64,000 bases of DNA from the IMG/VR virus record IMGVR_UViG_3300045988_171124; one strand, 5' to 3'. The notes beneath the pieces were generated by a model. It had not been told where the DNA came from. It searched no databases and saw only the letters and a program-made list of their open reading frames with translations. The translations under genes were made by a program, and so were the position numbers. Origin of the DNA: a virus. Positions 16,695 to 26,344 of the stretch are shown here, in pieces (positions within the stretch are counted from its first letter, which is position 1; every line of letters begins with the position of its first letter).

Positions 16695-16931
16695 ATGGAT
16701 ATTAATTTTGACAAATTAGCAATTGCTATCATTGACGAATTTGAATCTGACAGAGAGTATTCTGGCCGAGATGAAATTGTTAAGGGAATGGAGTATGTAC
16801 TTAATAAATATACTTCAGAACATGATCGAGAAATTATTGATCAAATGCTTATGACATTTACTGGATGGACTCTACAAACACTGCTTGAAAAGGCAGAAGA
16901 AGTATCAGATGAAGAAATTGAAGAACTATAA
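16695..16931 (+). CDS. hypothetical acidic protein
   Basis: Track ORF; TAGGGAGA SD. Confidence 0.65.
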   Translation: MDINFDKLAIAIIDEFESDREYSGRDEIVKGMEYVLNKYTSEHDREIIDQMLMTFTGWTLQTLLEKAEEVSDEEIEEL

Positions 16932-16960
16932 AATCCGCATTTTGTAAGGGGAGATAAAAT

Positions 16961-17329
16961 ATGTATAAGGTAAAATATGAAAAATATCGTTACGGCTATG
17001 GTGGAACACAAGAAGTAAAAGTATTTTCTTCGTTAGAGGAAATTGCAGATTGGCTATTTGGAATGGTAAAAGGGAAATATGAAGGCTCTATGTTCTTTGT
17101 TAACCCTGATGACAAAAATGATAAAGAATTGCATTTAGATAGTTCTTGTATTTCATCAAGGGATGATGAAAGATACCGTTACTGGGTTGAACAGATTGAA
17201 AAAGACGGATTAATTATTTATTCTTGTGGAACGTTCACAAACGGAGTGTGCTATTGGAATGAGGAAGTAAAACAGTGGTTAAGGGAATGTATTCAGCGAA
17301 AAGAGAATCCTCAGTTCAATTTTGGGTAA
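16961..17329 (+). CDS. hypothetical protein
   Basis: Track ORF; AAGGGGAGA SD. Confidence 0.65.
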   Translation: MYKVKYEKYRYGYGGTQEVKVFSSLEEIADWLFGMVKGKYEGSMFFVNPDDKNDKELHLDSSCISSRDDERYRYWVEQIEKDGLIIYSCGTFTNGVCYWNEEVKQWLRECIQRKENPQFNFG

Positions 17330-17342
17330 GGGAGATGAAAAC

Positions 17343-17753
17343 ATGACATTCGAGGAAGCGAAAAAGAGACCAGACTATAAGTTTGTGCTTAATGGAATTG
17401 AAAACGATATTGAAGATATTCGAAATAATTATATGAAAAGTTTATATGAGTATGGTGATCCGGAAAGAGGAATTGCTATTCTTCAACTTGGATATGTAGA
17501 TGTTGAAGTAAATTTGATGACATATGAACAATCTGGAAAACATCCTGGTGATAAACGTCCAATTATTGATTACTTTTCCTGTATTAAATGGGGAGAGGGA
17601 GATAATGATTGGAGATCTGATGATTATGTCGATCATGATATTAATGTAAATTGGGTTTTAGACAACTGGGCAGAACAGCTTGAAAGGGATATGTTTGAAG
17701 CTCTTAATAAATATGTTGTCCAAAAAGGTTATAGTTATGATCACGCTAATTAG
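17343..17753 (+). CDS. hypothetical protein
   Basis: Track ORF trimmed to ATG 17343 after AAGGGAGA. Confidence 0.65.
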   Translation: MTFEEAKKRPDYKFVLNGIENDIEDIRNNYMKSLYEYGDPERGIAILQLGYVDVEVNLMTYEQSGKHPGDKRPIIDYFSCIKWGEGDNDWRSDDYVDHDINVNWVLDNWAEQLERDMFEALNKYVVQKGYSYDHAN

Positions 17754-17770
17754 TAAAGGAGATGAGAATT

Positions 17771-17920
17771 ATGACAGTAGGTCAGCTAATTGATGGATTA
17801 AAGCATTACGATTCAGAATCTGATATAACTATTCTTGATAATCACAATGGTAATCAGTATGATATTAATTTTATCATTGAAGATGAAAAGAAAAATTCAC
17901 AAGTAATAATAGTATTTTGA
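17771..17920 (+). CDS. small hypothetical protein (49 aa)
   Basis: Not in track. ATG 17771 after AAAGGAGATGAG. MTVGQLIDGLKHYDSESDITILDNHNG... Confidence 0.5.
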   Translation: MTVGQLIDGLKHYDSESDITILDNHNGNQYDINFIIEDEKKNSQVIIVF

Positions 17921-17955
17921 TGGAGATAAAATTCGTATTTGATCGGAGGAGAAAA

Positions 17956-18324
17956 ATGGAATATTCAAAAATTGTAAAAAAAGAATGCCCAATGTGCGGT
18001 AAAACATATTTTGTTAAATTAACAGAAGTTGAATATGATCAGTACAAAAAATATATTGCATATGGAAGCTTGATTCAGAATGCCCTTTCAAACACAAGTC
18101 CAACAGTAAGGGAATTTTTGAAAACTGGGTATTGTCCAGACTGCCAGAAATTATTGTTTGGAAAATGTGAGCAGAAAGAATTGTTCTTTTCTTATGACGA
18201 TATTAGAGAAGATGTTACAAAAGAGTTCTGTGAAAGGCATGAAAATATATTAGATGCTCTCACGTCTGATGATGCTGATGTTTTGACAGAAGAAGAGTGG
18301 CTATTACTAATGTATGAGTTTTAG
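17956..18324 (+). CDS. hypothetical zinc-ribbon protein
   Basis: Track ORF trimmed to ATG 17956 after CGGAGGAGA. Contains CPMCGK...CPDCQK. Confidence 0.6.
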   Translation: MEYSKIVKKECPMCGKTYFVKLTEVEYDQYKKYIAYGSLIQNALSNTSPTVREFLKTGYCPDCQKLLFGKCEQKELFFSYDDIREDVTKEFCERHENILDALTSDDADVLTEEEWLLLMYEF

Positions 18325-18341
18325 TGAAAGGAGCAATGGAA

Positions 18342-18524
18342 ATGGCATATTACCATAGTCCAAAAGAGTATGAAGCAAAAACAGGAAAACGTTTTTCTGA
18401 TAAAGGAGCATCAATTCACAGAACTGGATCTGTAAGGGGAATGGTTAAATTAGGATACTGGGATAAAGATACAGATAAGGTAAGGTGTGGAAGCTACATT
18501 TATCTGCAAAATAATTTTAGGTAA
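18342..18524 (+). CDS. hypothetical protein
   Basis: Track ORF trimmed to ATG 18342, 8 nt after AAAGGAG. Confidence 0.55.
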   Translation: MAYYHSPKEYEAKTGKRFSDKGASIHRTGSVRGMVKLGYWDKDTDKVRCGSYIYLQNNFR

Positions 18525-18550
18525 AAATTATAATCTACGGAGGTATTTTA

Positions 18551-18709
18551 ATGTATAGAGTAGAGTGGATCGATGATGAAGGAAATCTTAAAATTAAAAG
18601 AGGTTTTAAAAAATCAGAACTGGCGCATCTGTGGATTGAAAAGATGCATTTAAAAATAGACAGTTTCCCAATGGTATTTTATGAGGGAGAGGGAGAAAAC
18701 GATGACTAA
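18551..18709 (+). CDS. small hypothetical protein (52 aa)
   Basis: Not in track. ATG 18551 after ACGGAGGT. MYRVEWIDDEGNLKIKRGF... Confidence 0.5.
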   Translation: MYRVEWIDDEGNLKIKRGFKKSELAHLWIEKMHLKIDSFPMVFYEGEGENDD

Positions 18710-18860
18710 ATTAGAAAATATGGCAGCCGATGAATTTAAAAAGTTGCCGAAAAAGAAACAGAAAGAGATTAACAAGGCAAAACGCATTCCGGTAGCAAAA
18801 CCTGGACATGAGTTTAATAAAAGTAATGTTCGGTGTAAACGCTGGAATACGGATGAGTGA
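18702..18860 (+). CDS. small basic hypothetical protein (52 aa)
   Basis: Not in track. ATG 18702 after GAGGGAGAGGGAGA, overlapping the previous gene by 8 nt. Confidence 0.5.
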   Translation: MTKLENMAADEFKKLPKKKQKEINKAKRIPVAKPGHEFNKSNVRCKRWNTDE

Positions 18861-18872
18861 TGGAGGTACTAC

Positions 18873-19133
18873 ATGAAAGGATTTGATTTACCTGTAATGG
18901 ATGGAACACGAAAAAGTTTTTATGGAAAGGCAAAAGTAATTGAACACGATAATGGAGATATATGTCTGATAAGTTATTCAACATTGGTTGCTAGAATACA
19001 TAATGGAAATTTTGAGAAGTTATGGGATGGATATAGTGCTACAACAATGCGGCATATAAATTCATTCCTTTTATTTTACAATCTTCCAGGTGGTGGAAAG
19101 TTGTGGTGGAATAAATTAGAGGTGGTGGCATGA
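18873..19133 (+). CDS. hypothetical protein
   Basis: Track ORF; GATGGAGGT SD. Confidence 0.65.
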   Translation: MKGFDLPVMDGTRKSFYGKAKVIEHDNGDICLISYSTLVARIHNGNFEKLWDGYSATTMRHINSFLLFYNLPGGGKLWWNKLEVVA

Positions 19134-19375
19134 CTGAAAGAGAGAGAAATCTAATTAAAAGTAACCTAAAAGCTTTCGTACATAATTTTGGAACAGTTCG
19201 TATTGAGAAAGAAAATTGTGGTAAAGGCTTTTATGTGTTTTATCCGGAGGATAGTGATTCATATATCCAGTATTGCTATAGCATTGAGTACCTGGATGGT
19301 TGGCTTTATGGATGTGTTCAAGGCAAACTAAGATTAAAGCTAACTGATGAAAGGGAGTGTGAGTTATATGGCTAA
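19130..19375 (+). CDS. hypothetical protein
   Basis: Track ORF; GGAGGTGG SD; ATGA overlap with the previous stop. Confidence 0.65.
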   Translation: MTERERNLIKSNLKAFVHNFGTVRIEKENCGKGFYVFYPEDSDSYIQYCYSIEYLDGWLYGCVQGKLRLKLTDERECELYG

Positions 19376-19574
19376 AAGATTTAGAAATCCAGAGATGGTC
19401 GAAGCATACAATGTTGCCGGATTCAGAGAGAGATACGTAATGGAAAATGGAAATAAAAGTACAGTGTATCTAAATGGACATAAATGTTGCAAGTTTACAT
19501 ATTCAAAAGATGTTGATTATCAGGATGCTAATGGAGCCTTATATGATACTGTCGAGAAAAGATGGAGGGCTTAA
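19368..19574 (+). CDS. hypothetical protein
   Basis: Track ORF trimmed to ATG 19368 after AAGGGAG. Confidence 0.6.
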   Translation: MAKRFRNPEMVEAYNVAGFRERYVMENGNKSTVYLNGHKCCKFTYSKDVDYQDANGALYDTVEKRWRA

Positions 19575-19575
19575 T

Positions 19576-19902
19576 ATGTTAAAAGATATTAAAGATGCAA
19601 AAGAAATTAGCTGCTATGACGCACTGACAGGAAGATATACTGGTGAAGAGGACGGTTGGCAGAAATGGAAAGATTTAGATGAAGATACAAGTTATGAAGT
19701 GTTTTGCTTATGTCGTGAATTTGTAGCAAAAACAGCTAGGGGAAATCGGAAAACAAGAATTATGAATAAAGGAAAAAATTATGTTGAGCCTTGTGGAATT
19801 CTCAGAAGACTTGCATATAACTTTAAGAGAGGTGAAATTGAGTATACTGCTGGCCAAGATTACAATGAAGAAATGAAAACATTAAGAGGAATTTTTGATT
19901 AA
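19576..19902 (+). CDS. hypothetical protein
   Basis: Track ORF 19474..19902 trimmed to ATG 19576 (GGAGGG SD), 1 nt after the previous stop. Confidence 0.65.
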   Translation: MLKDIKDAKEISCYDALTGRYTGEEDGWQKWKDLDEDTSYEVFCLCREFVAKTARGNRKTRIMNKGKNYVEPCGILRRLAYNFKRGEIEYTAGQDYNEEMKTLRGIFD

Positions 19903-19916
19903 AGGAGGATAAAAAT

Positions 19917-20114
19917 ATGTTTAAACTTACAATTAATACAGGTAATGCAGCTTTTCACGATGAGTATAATGATGATAAGGCTTATGACAAATACTGTGAG
20001 GCAGAAGAAATTTCCAGAATTTTAAAAGAAGTCATTGATAAACTTGAGTATGGTTGTGAGTCAGGCGTTTTAATTGATATCAATGGAAATAAAGTTGGAG
20101 AATGGAGCCGGTAA
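19917..20114 (+). CDS. hypothetical protein
   Basis: Track ORF; AAAGGAGGA SD. Confidence 0.65.
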   Translation: MFKLTINTGNAAFHDEYNDDKAYDKYCEAEEISRILKEVIDKLEYGCESGVLIDINGNKVGEWSR

Positions 20115-20129
20115 AAGGGAGGTTTTACG

Positions 20130-20762
20130 ATGAGAGAGATAATTAAAAAGTTCAATGTTTACCAGTATTCTGAACTATCTGATGAAGCGAAAGCAAAAGT
20201 TCGGAGTTGGTATATTGACGATCCATTTAGAGCAGAAGAATTAACTGACATGATTAACGAAGATTTGAAAAATTTGTTTCCTAACAGCAAACTTAAAGTT
20301 GAATGGAGTTTATCATCTTGCCAGGGTGACGGAGTAAATGTCTACGGTGATTTGTGCTTTATGGATTTAGTAAATATGGTACAAAATCATTTGTGTGGAG
20401 ATAACTACAAAGCTTTTGAGAATTTCTTTTCATGGAAGGAAATTAAAACTGCAAAGTTTTATTCTGAATATTGTGGCGATGTAAAATTACCATCTAATAG
20501 AATGGGATATACGTATTGTTATGTCAGTCAAATTGATCTCGAAGCTGATTTTACATATGAGATGTCACATTTTAGGAATATCAATTTAGATTTACTAGGC
20601 AAAATGGAAGCTTATGTCAAGATGGTAATTAGGAAATACTGTTTAGATTGGGAAGAAATAGGTTATAAATACCTGTATGAACCTGATGAAGAAGAAGTTG
20701 AAGAAGCTTGTGATGGAAACGAATGGGAGTTTCTTGAAGATGGAACATATTATGCAGCATAA
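20130..20762 (+). CDS. hypothetical acidic protein
   Basis: Track ORF; AAGGGAGG SD. 210 aa with an acidic C-terminus. Resembles leading-region/anti-restriction-type proteins only in general character. Confidence 0.7.
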   Translation: MREIIKKFNVYQYSELSDEAKAKVRSWYIDDPFRAEELTDMINEDLKNLFPNSKLKVEWSLSSCQGDGVNVYGDLCFMDLVNMVQNHLCGDNYKAFENFFSWKEIKTAKFYSEYCGDVKLPSNRMGYTYCYVSQIDLEADFTYEMSHFRNINLDLLGKMEAYVKMVIRKYCLDWEEIGYKYLYEPDEEEVEEACDGNEWEFLEDGTYYAA

Positions 20763-20769
20763 ATTATAA

Positions 20770-20806
20770 GACAACTGGGAAGTACATGGTACCAGTTGTC
20801 TTTTTT
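20770..20806 (+). terminator. rho-independent terminator
   Basis: GACAACTGG (20770-20778) pairs perfectly with CCAGTTGTC (20792-20800), followed by TTTTTT. Confidence 0.75.
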
Positions 20807-20830
20807 AGTACAAAAATGGAGGTAAGAAAA

Positions 20831-21097
20831 ATGATTAAAATTCTTGTAAGATTAGATTTTTTCTATGACGATGAAGATGCAATTGATCAATTTATATTGA
20901 TGGTAAAAAGTGGCACATCATTTGATGACGTAGAGGACGAATTGCTGAAAGCTCATAAATTTCTTTGCAAAGAAGATGAAACGGATTTGTATGGAAAATG
21001 TGGAAGAATACCACTTACATTAATTAACTATGTTTGCGAAAAAAATGGATGGAAATATTACGATTTAGAGTATGATATTGACTTAAATCTTGACTGA
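20831..21097 (+). CDS. hypothetical protein
   Basis: Track ORF 20786..21097 trimmed to ATG 20831 after TGGAGGTAAG. The discarded 5' part is the terminator. Confidence 0.65.
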   Translation: MIKILVRLDFFYDDEDAIDQFILMVKSGTSFDDVEDELLKAHKFLCKEDETDLYGKCGRIPLTLINYVCEKNGWKYYDLEYDIDLNLD

Positions 21098-21113
21098 AAG
21101 GCAGTAAGGAAAA

Positions 21114-21272
21114 ATGATTAGATGCGCAATGGATATATCAATTCCAGAAAATGACAAATGTGATATATGCTGTATTCATTGTAGTGATAAAAATTGTGAA
21201 TATAGATGTGTTGGAGTCGATAAATGTAAAACAGAAGATGAAATTAAGAAATATTGTATTAATGCATATTAA
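21114..21272 (+). CDS. small Cys-rich protein (52 aa)
   Basis: Not in track. ATG 21114 after GTAAGGA. Ten Cys residues (CDICCIHCSDKNCEYRCVGVDKC...YC). Confidence 0.5.
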   Translation: MIRCAMDISIPENDKCDICCIHCSDKNCEYRCVGVDKCKTEDEIKKYCINAY

Positions 21273-21288
21273 ATGGAGGTAAGAGAGA

Positions 21289-21669
21289 ATGAACAAAATG
21301 AAAGAAATTTTAAGTCACAGTGGCAGCGCAGAGATGATGATTATTTATTATATGCTTGACAAGGGAATTGAAAATTTAAAATCCATTACAGAAGATGATA
21401 TAAAAACTGTAAGAGGAAATGGGTTAATGACAGAAGAGTTTTGCCAGTCAATTGTTAGAACTGCGGTTCGGATTGCAAATGAGTGTGATACTCATGAAAT
21501 TTTACAATACATCAGATGTGAAGCATGGTTTACTCCTGCAGTAAAAGAAATCGAAATATGTAAGGCAGTAAGGTCAAATTACAGTTGGGAATATTTATGT
21601 AATGAGATGGATGTTGATCCAGAAGAAACAGATTATATGAAATTAAAATTTATTGTGGAGGAACTGTAA
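21289..21669 (+). CDS. hypothetical protein
   Basis: Track ORF; TGGAGGTAAGAGAG SD. Confidence 0.65.
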   Translation: MNKMKEILSHSGSAEMMIIYYMLDKGIENLKSITEDDIKTVRGNGLMTEEFCQSIVRTAVRIANECDTHEILQYIRCEAWFTPAVKEIEICKAVRSNYSWEYLCNEMDVDPEETDYMKLKFIVEEL

Positions 21670-22025
21670 TGAACAAAACATTAGATATTACTCTTGATGA
21701 GTTATTAAAAAAACTTGGCAAGACAAAAGAAGATTTAGTAATGGAGTTGGATGAACTTAATAAGTGGATGGAAACAACTAACTATAGACATGGTTTTACC
21801 GGAATGGAAAGGTTCGTTTCATTAGGCTATATGTTTTATAAGAAAAAAATTTTCGAAGGTAAGGTTGATGATGTATTGAATCGTGCAGATGATTGGGGTT
21901 ATGACATCAGTTGGGAAGAAGCTGAAGAAGTTGTTATATTGTTTCAAGGAATTTATGACTGTAACTTAAGTGAGAATGACCAGATTGAGAATTGTATCAA
22001 AACTGTTATACAGAAAGGAAACTGA
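21669..22025 (+). CDS. hypothetical protein
   Basis: Track ORF; GTGGAGGA SD; start overlaps the previous stop. Confidence 0.65.
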   Translation: MNKTLDITLDELLKKLGKTKEDLVMELDELNKWMETTNYRHGFTGMERFVSLGYMFYKKKIFEGKVDDVLNRADDWGYDISWEEAEEVVILFQGIYDCNLSENDQIENCIKTVIQKGN

Positions 22026-22028
22026 AAA

Positions 22029-22337
22029 ATGGCAGAAATTATTAATATGATTAACATAAGTGCAAATAGTTTTAGTGATTTGAAAACATATTTGGATAAA
22101 AAGCCTGAGTATCTATTATTCTCAAGCCCATCAGGTGCAGCATTAAAAGTTGATCTTGAACAACAGGACGAGAGCAGTTCCGGTAAAGCAAAAAATTCCG
22201 TAATTCGGTGGTGTGAACAGATTATAGAAATTGTTAATAATTATTATTCAAAAGAAAATCCAAATGCAGATGTATATTTTAATTCAATTAAACAGATATG
22301 TGAAGCAATTAAAATTGCTGCAGGTTGTGTGGAATAA
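22029..22337 (+). CDS. hypothetical protein
   Basis: Track ORF; AAAGGAA upstream. Confidence 0.6.
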   Translation: MAEIINMINISANSFSDLKTYLDKKPEYLLFSSPSGAALKVDLEQQDESSSGKAKNSVIRWCEQIIEIVNNYYSKENPNADVYFNSIKQICEAIKIAAGCVE

Positions 22338-22364
22338 AATGTAGATTTTGTGGAGGTATAAAAA

Positions 22365-22754
22365 ATGAAGATATTAGCATTTTGTGATGTTGACAAGGGA
22401 ATTTTAAAAGATGCAGCAGGTCACACTTACATAGACGATGACGATTATAGTGCAGATGATATTCTTAGTGACTTTGACAATGAATTTAATTGGCTTAATC
22501 AGTCTGGTGTAAATCTTGATGGATTTACAGAGTTTGATTCTTATGAAGAAGACGAAGAATACCAGGCGTACATATTTAGACATGAATCTGGATATGTGCC
22601 AAGCGGAAAAGCTACACTCAATAAAATGTTGTGTGAAGAGAGATTGATGAAACGTCTGCATGAGCTGCCAGAAGAGAAATACGATGTAACTCGGTATAAA
22701 ATCTTGAAGAGAACAGTGTATACAGTTTGTACAAAATACGAGGAGGTGTGCTGA
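22365..22754 (+). CDS. hypothetical acidic protein
   Basis: Track ORF; GTGGAGGT SD. Confidence 0.65.
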   Translation: MKILAFCDVDKGILKDAAGHTYIDDDDYSADDILSDFDNEFNWLNQSGVNLDGFTEFDSYEEDEEYQAYIFRHESGYVPSGKATLNKMLCEERLMKRLHELPEEKYDVTRYKILKRTVYTVCTKYEEVC

Positions 22755-22756
22755 TT

Positions 22757-23020
22757 ATGACGACAAGAGAAAAGATTAGGCAAGTAGAGTTGTTAAATAC
22801 CAGTACTCCTGAAGGTATAATTATTGATTCAGACACAATTTTGGCCGATTTGTTATCAAATGTAGATAATGAAATCTCAGGTTTCTCACAAGATATTTTT
22901 AATATTTATAAGAGAAGTAAGGATAAAGATGCTGTAAAACAAATGTTCTTTGAATTTACAGATACGGAATTTGATGATTACTTGGATAAATGTATGAAAG
23001 AGATTACGAGAGGTAATTAA
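22757..23020 (+). CDS. hypothetical protein
   Basis: Track ORF trimmed to ATG 22757 after GAGGAGGTG. Confidence 0.65.
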   Translation: MTTREKIRQVELLNTSTPEGIIIDSDTILADLLSNVDNEISGFSQDIFNIYKRSKDKDAVKQMFFEFTDTEFDDYLDKCMKEITRGN

Positions 23021-23021
23021 T

Positions 23022-23216
23022 ATGAGAAGAACGCCACAGATTATAGTTAAACAGACAGAGGAATGGCTGGATGAACGATGGAGAATTTTATGGATGGATA
23101 ATCCACCAAGGCAGGCTGATCTAAGTTATTACAATGGTGCAATTAAAGCTGTAGAGTTTCTTGGATATAGTTGGAAAAGAGATGAAAACGGAAAACATAC
23201 TATTATAAAGGACTGA
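23022..23216 (+). CDS. hypothetical protein
   Basis: Track ORF; GAGAGGT SD. Confidence 0.6.
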   Translation: MRRTPQIIVKQTEEWLDERWRILWMDNPPRQADLSYYNGAIKAVEFLGYSWKRDENGKHTIIKD

Positions 23217-23303
23217 TGTAATGTTAAAACAAATAACCTTAATGAAGAAGTGTTAACTGCTATTGAACAGTTAGTAAGCAAAATTGAAAGCGAGGTTTGA
23301 TAA

Positions 23304-23621
23304 ATGGAAGAAATTACATGGACATTTTTTGTATTGGACTTTGATGACACATTTGATAATGAAGAGCCGGATAGTTTAGGATGTGCCCCATTAGTTTTTA
23401 TGGTTCCAGAAAGTCAAATAGATGCTGTTAAATACTTAGCGTATGATGCTCACGATGCTTTTCATGAAGATATTGAGTGTGACACAAGTATTGGAGAATT
23501 TTTCACAAATTTTCTTGATGAAAATAAAATTCCATATATGGAAATTGGTACAATTTCATTGCCTTTTATCAAGAGAAGTTGCAATTATTTGGCTGATGAT
23601 ATACATATGGTATCAATCTGA
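23304..23621 (+). CDS. hypothetical acidic protein
   Basis: Track ORF; GCGAGGT SD. Confidence 0.65.
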   Translation: MEEITWTFFVLDFDDTFDNEEPDSLGCAPLVFMVPESQIDAVKYLAYDAHDAFHEDIECDTSIGEFFTNFLDENKIPYMEIGTISLPFIKRSCNYLADDIHMVSI

Positions 23622-23650
23622 TAAAAGAGATATTTGGTCGGAGGTATTTT

Positions 23651-23869
23651 ATGAAGCAGTGTTTATGGACCGGTGAAGAGCTTGAGCCATGGAGTTATAA
23701 AACCTCACTCAATAATGGAATTGCAGTTGGAATTTTTGATGGTATGTGTGGTAAAACAAAAGCATTGGTAAATGTTGAAAATTTTGATGCAGGAAAAACT
23801 TTCGATAAAAGAATCGTTATTAATAAAGAACTTGCTGAAAAATATGGATTCAAAATAGTGATTAGATAG
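23651..23869 (+). CDS. hypothetical protein
   Basis: Track ORF; CGGAGGT SD. Confidence 0.65.
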   Translation: MKQCLWTGEELEPWSYKTSLNNGIAVGIFDGMCGKTKALVNVENFDAGKTFDKRIVINKELAEKYGFKIVIR

Positions 23870-23880
23870 GGGGCAGAACT

Positions 23881-24105
23881 ATGGCAAAGAAATTTATTTA
23901 TACAAAAGTACAGGATCTTGGTAAGATTGGTGATAAAACTGTTGAGATTGGTCACTACATAGTAGATGGTAAAGTAATGCCAGATAAAGTTTATATGGTA
24001 AATCACTTTACAAGAAAGAATGGAAACGAGGATAGTAAGGCAACTGCAATTTGTGCAATTGGTGAAGCAAAGGAAATTGGAAAGTTGCTTATGGAAATAA
24101 AATAG
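23881..24105 (+). CDS. hypothetical protein
   Basis: Track ORF; TAGGGGG SD. Confidence 0.6.
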   Translation: MAKKFIYTKVQDLGKIGDKTVEIGHYIVDGKVMPDKVYMVNHFTRKNGNEDSKATAICAIGEAKEIGKLLMEIK

Positions 24106-24137
24106 CAATTTTGTTCTGAAGAAGGGAGATTGAAAAT

Positions 24138-24608
24138 ATGAGAATAGAAAAAAGAGAAAAGACGGTATACGAAGAAATTTATATTGCAGATGATGGAACA
24201 CAATTTGATACAGAGCGTCATTGTTTAAATTATGAAAAAGAAATTAAAATGCAAAAAAATGAAAATAATGCAGAGAAATTAAGAGTACATGAACTTGATG
24301 ATTTAATGCCATTAATTGATACCGAAACATATGAAGACCATGAGTATGTTTGGTATAAATTGGAAAGCGAAAAAGATTTTAATACTTTAAAAGAAGCATT
24401 TGAATATTCAAAAGATTTTACTGTACCAGATGGCTATCCGACATTTTATTGTGTAGAATCTTTTGGTTACGACAATATATACGCGAACGATAATGCATGG
24501 ACATGCACGCTTAATGAATGTAAAGATGCTGCAGTAGAGTTTTGGGAAAGATTTGGTTACAAGCTAACATTTAAAAAGGTTGGTGATGTTAATGCAGGTA
24601 CTATTTAG
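24138..24608 (+). CDS. hypothetical protein
   Basis: Track ORF; GAAGGGAGA SD. Confidence 0.65.
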   Translation: MRIEKREKTVYEEIYIADDGTQFDTERHCLNYEKEIKMQKNENNAEKLRVHELDDLMPLIDTETYEDHEYVWYKLESEKDFNTLKEAFEYSKDFTVPDGYPTFYCVESFGYDNIYANDNAWTCTLNECKDAAVEFWERFGYKLTFKKVGDVNAGTI

Positions 24609-24855
24609 AAAAGATAAATATACGAATGAGGTCATTGCGTTTCTTCCTGAGATACCAGTAAACACCGGCATGATAATGAGTTATATGCACATAGGGCAGC
24701 ACGATGAGGCTGCTCTTTCTTATTACTGGGATACAGTTAAAGCAAATAAGGAAGAATATAATGATCTGTATGATGAGCTATGTGAAATATACGAAGAGAA
24801 ATTACGAATAAAGCAAAGGATCAATTATGATTTGTTGAGAGATTCCTGGAGGTGA
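24592..24855 (+). CDS. hypothetical protein
   Basis: Track ORF 24580..24855. ATG 24592 is preferred (GGTGA about 5 nt upstream); start uncertain. Confidence 0.55.
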   Translation: MQVLFRKDKYTNEVIAFLPEIPVNTGMIMSYMHIGQHDEAALSYYWDTVKANKEEYNDLYDELCEIYEEKLRIKQRINYDLLRDSWR

Positions 24856-24859
24856 AAAC

Positions 24860-25111
24860 ATGACTTTTGATGAAACAGATTTTGCAAAACGTGTCCCAAA
24901 GAAAATATTAGACCGCACAAAAGAAAATATGGAAGTATATAATATGGGTTTATATGACTCGTTTAAAGAGGCAGTAAGAGAACTTTCAAAGCCAGGAACT
25001 AAATTATGGAAAGCGTGGTACTATGATGATTTTAGAGAATATATACCATGCGTTTATATTTCGGAATATTTAAATTTTAAGAAATATCCACTGAAATATA
25101 AAGATAAATAA
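24860..25111 (+). CDS. hypothetical protein
   Basis: Track ORF; TGGAGGTGA SD. Confidence 0.65.
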   Translation: MTFDETDFAKRVPKKILDRTKENMEVYNMGLYDSFKEAVRELSKPGTKLWKAWYYDDFREYIPCVYISEYLNFKKYPLKYKDK

Positions 25112-25145
25112 AACAAGAATTCTACAAGAGAATTGAGGTGAACAT

Positions 25146-25361
25146 ATGTCAAAGAGAAAATACTTAGTAACAGTAGTTGAAACATATAAACATACTTATC
25201 TTGTAAAAGCTAATTCTAAAAGTGAAGCGGAAGATATTGTTATGAGAAATTCAAATGGATGTGATAGCTGTGGACATGATTTTTGTGGAACTGATTATGT
25301 TATAAGATTACCGAAAAAGGAAGACAATTTAGATTTATATGATGTATGTGAAGATAGATGA
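25146..25361 (+). CDS. hypothetical protein
   Basis: Track ORF; TGAGGTGA SD. Confidence 0.65.
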   Translation: MSKRKYLVTVVETYKHTYLVKANSKSEAEDIVMRNSNGCDSCGHDFCGTDYVIRLPKKEDNLDLYDVCEDR

Positions 25362-25372
25362 GGTGAAGCCAA

Positions 25373-25978
25373 ATGAACAATGTGAATGTAAGAATAAAAT
25401 ATAGAACAGGTAAGTATACACCAATTGATAAAAATGTAGAAGAAGTTGTTTCGTGTTCTGAGTCACAAGCAATTCATGATTTAGTTTCAAAATTTCTATA
25501 TTTCAATCCAAACTATAAAATTGAAATAATTGAATCTGAAATTATAAAAAATAAAACAAGATTTTCATTGGAAGAATGGAGAAAAGATATGACCTATTTA
25601 GAATTAGCAAGAAAGATAAAGAGTGCATATAAGGAATTAAAGCAAGATGAATTATATAAATTTTACAATGTCATATGGAATAATGTCCTTGGAGAGTCAG
25701 AAATTACAGTTGAAAATGATGCTGGATTTAGAGCAATTATTATTGGTAATACATGTGGTGTAAAAAAATCAAGAGGTTATATGTATTTGTTCTATACCAA
25801 TGATGACACAGAATCATTTCCGACTGTTAAAGAAATAGAACACAGATTAAAAGTAGTTGCAAATCAAGAAATTTTAACAGATAAAAATGCGGATTATTTT
25901 GATTGGGAACAGTATGGTTCTTTAGAAGCGCAGAGAAAATATTTTTCAGAAATAATTTTAAATGCAATAAAACGATGA
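25373..25978 (+). CDS. hypothetical protein
   Basis: Track ORF; TGAGGTGA SD. Confidence 0.65.
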   Translation: MNNVNVRIKYRTGKYTPIDKNVEEVVSCSESQAIHDLVSKFLYFNPNYKIEIIESEIIKNKTRFSLEEWRKDMTYLELARKIKSAYKELKQDELYKFYNVIWNNVLGESEITVENDAGFRAIIIGNTCGVKKSRGYMYLFYTNDDTESFPTVKEIEHRLKVVANQEILTDKNADYFDWEQYGSLEAQRKYFSEIILNAIKR

Positions 25979-25995
25979 TTTGAAAGGAGGATAAT

Positions 25996-26232
25996 ATGGT
26001 TAAGGACGCAACATTTATTTCAGTTTGGGATGGTGGTTTCGAATTACTTAGCAGCTGTAAGGTAAACACAGAAACAAGAGAAGTATTTAATATTGAACAA
26101 TTTGAAGATGCAGTTGACGATGATGGAGATGAGTTAGAAAACCTCATTAGAGAATATATAATTGTGAATGGTACAGAATACTGTGTTGAAAGTGCTGATT
26201 CTAAAACAGATAAAGATTATTGGTATAAATAA
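25996..26232 (+). CDS. hypothetical acidic protein
   Basis: Track ORF; AAAGGAGGA SD. Confidence 0.65.
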   Translation: MVKDATFISVWDGGFELLSSCKVNTETREVFNIEQFEDAVDDDGDELENLIREYIIVNGTEYCVESADSKTDKDYWYK

Positions 26233-26344
26233 ATTATAATATAAAGTGAATGATTGGAGTAGAATAATATACAGAGAATACAAATTTGAAAGAGCTGCTT
26301 GAAGATTATGAATTATGGCAGATTAAGTAGTCTGGAGGTGTGGT

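Noticed and set aside
23695-24201. 168-aa reverse-strand ORF
   Set aside because: It is antisense to three SD-led + strand genes, has low-complexity Phe/Leu/Ser-rich sequence typical of the complement of AT-rich coding DNA, and has no SD.
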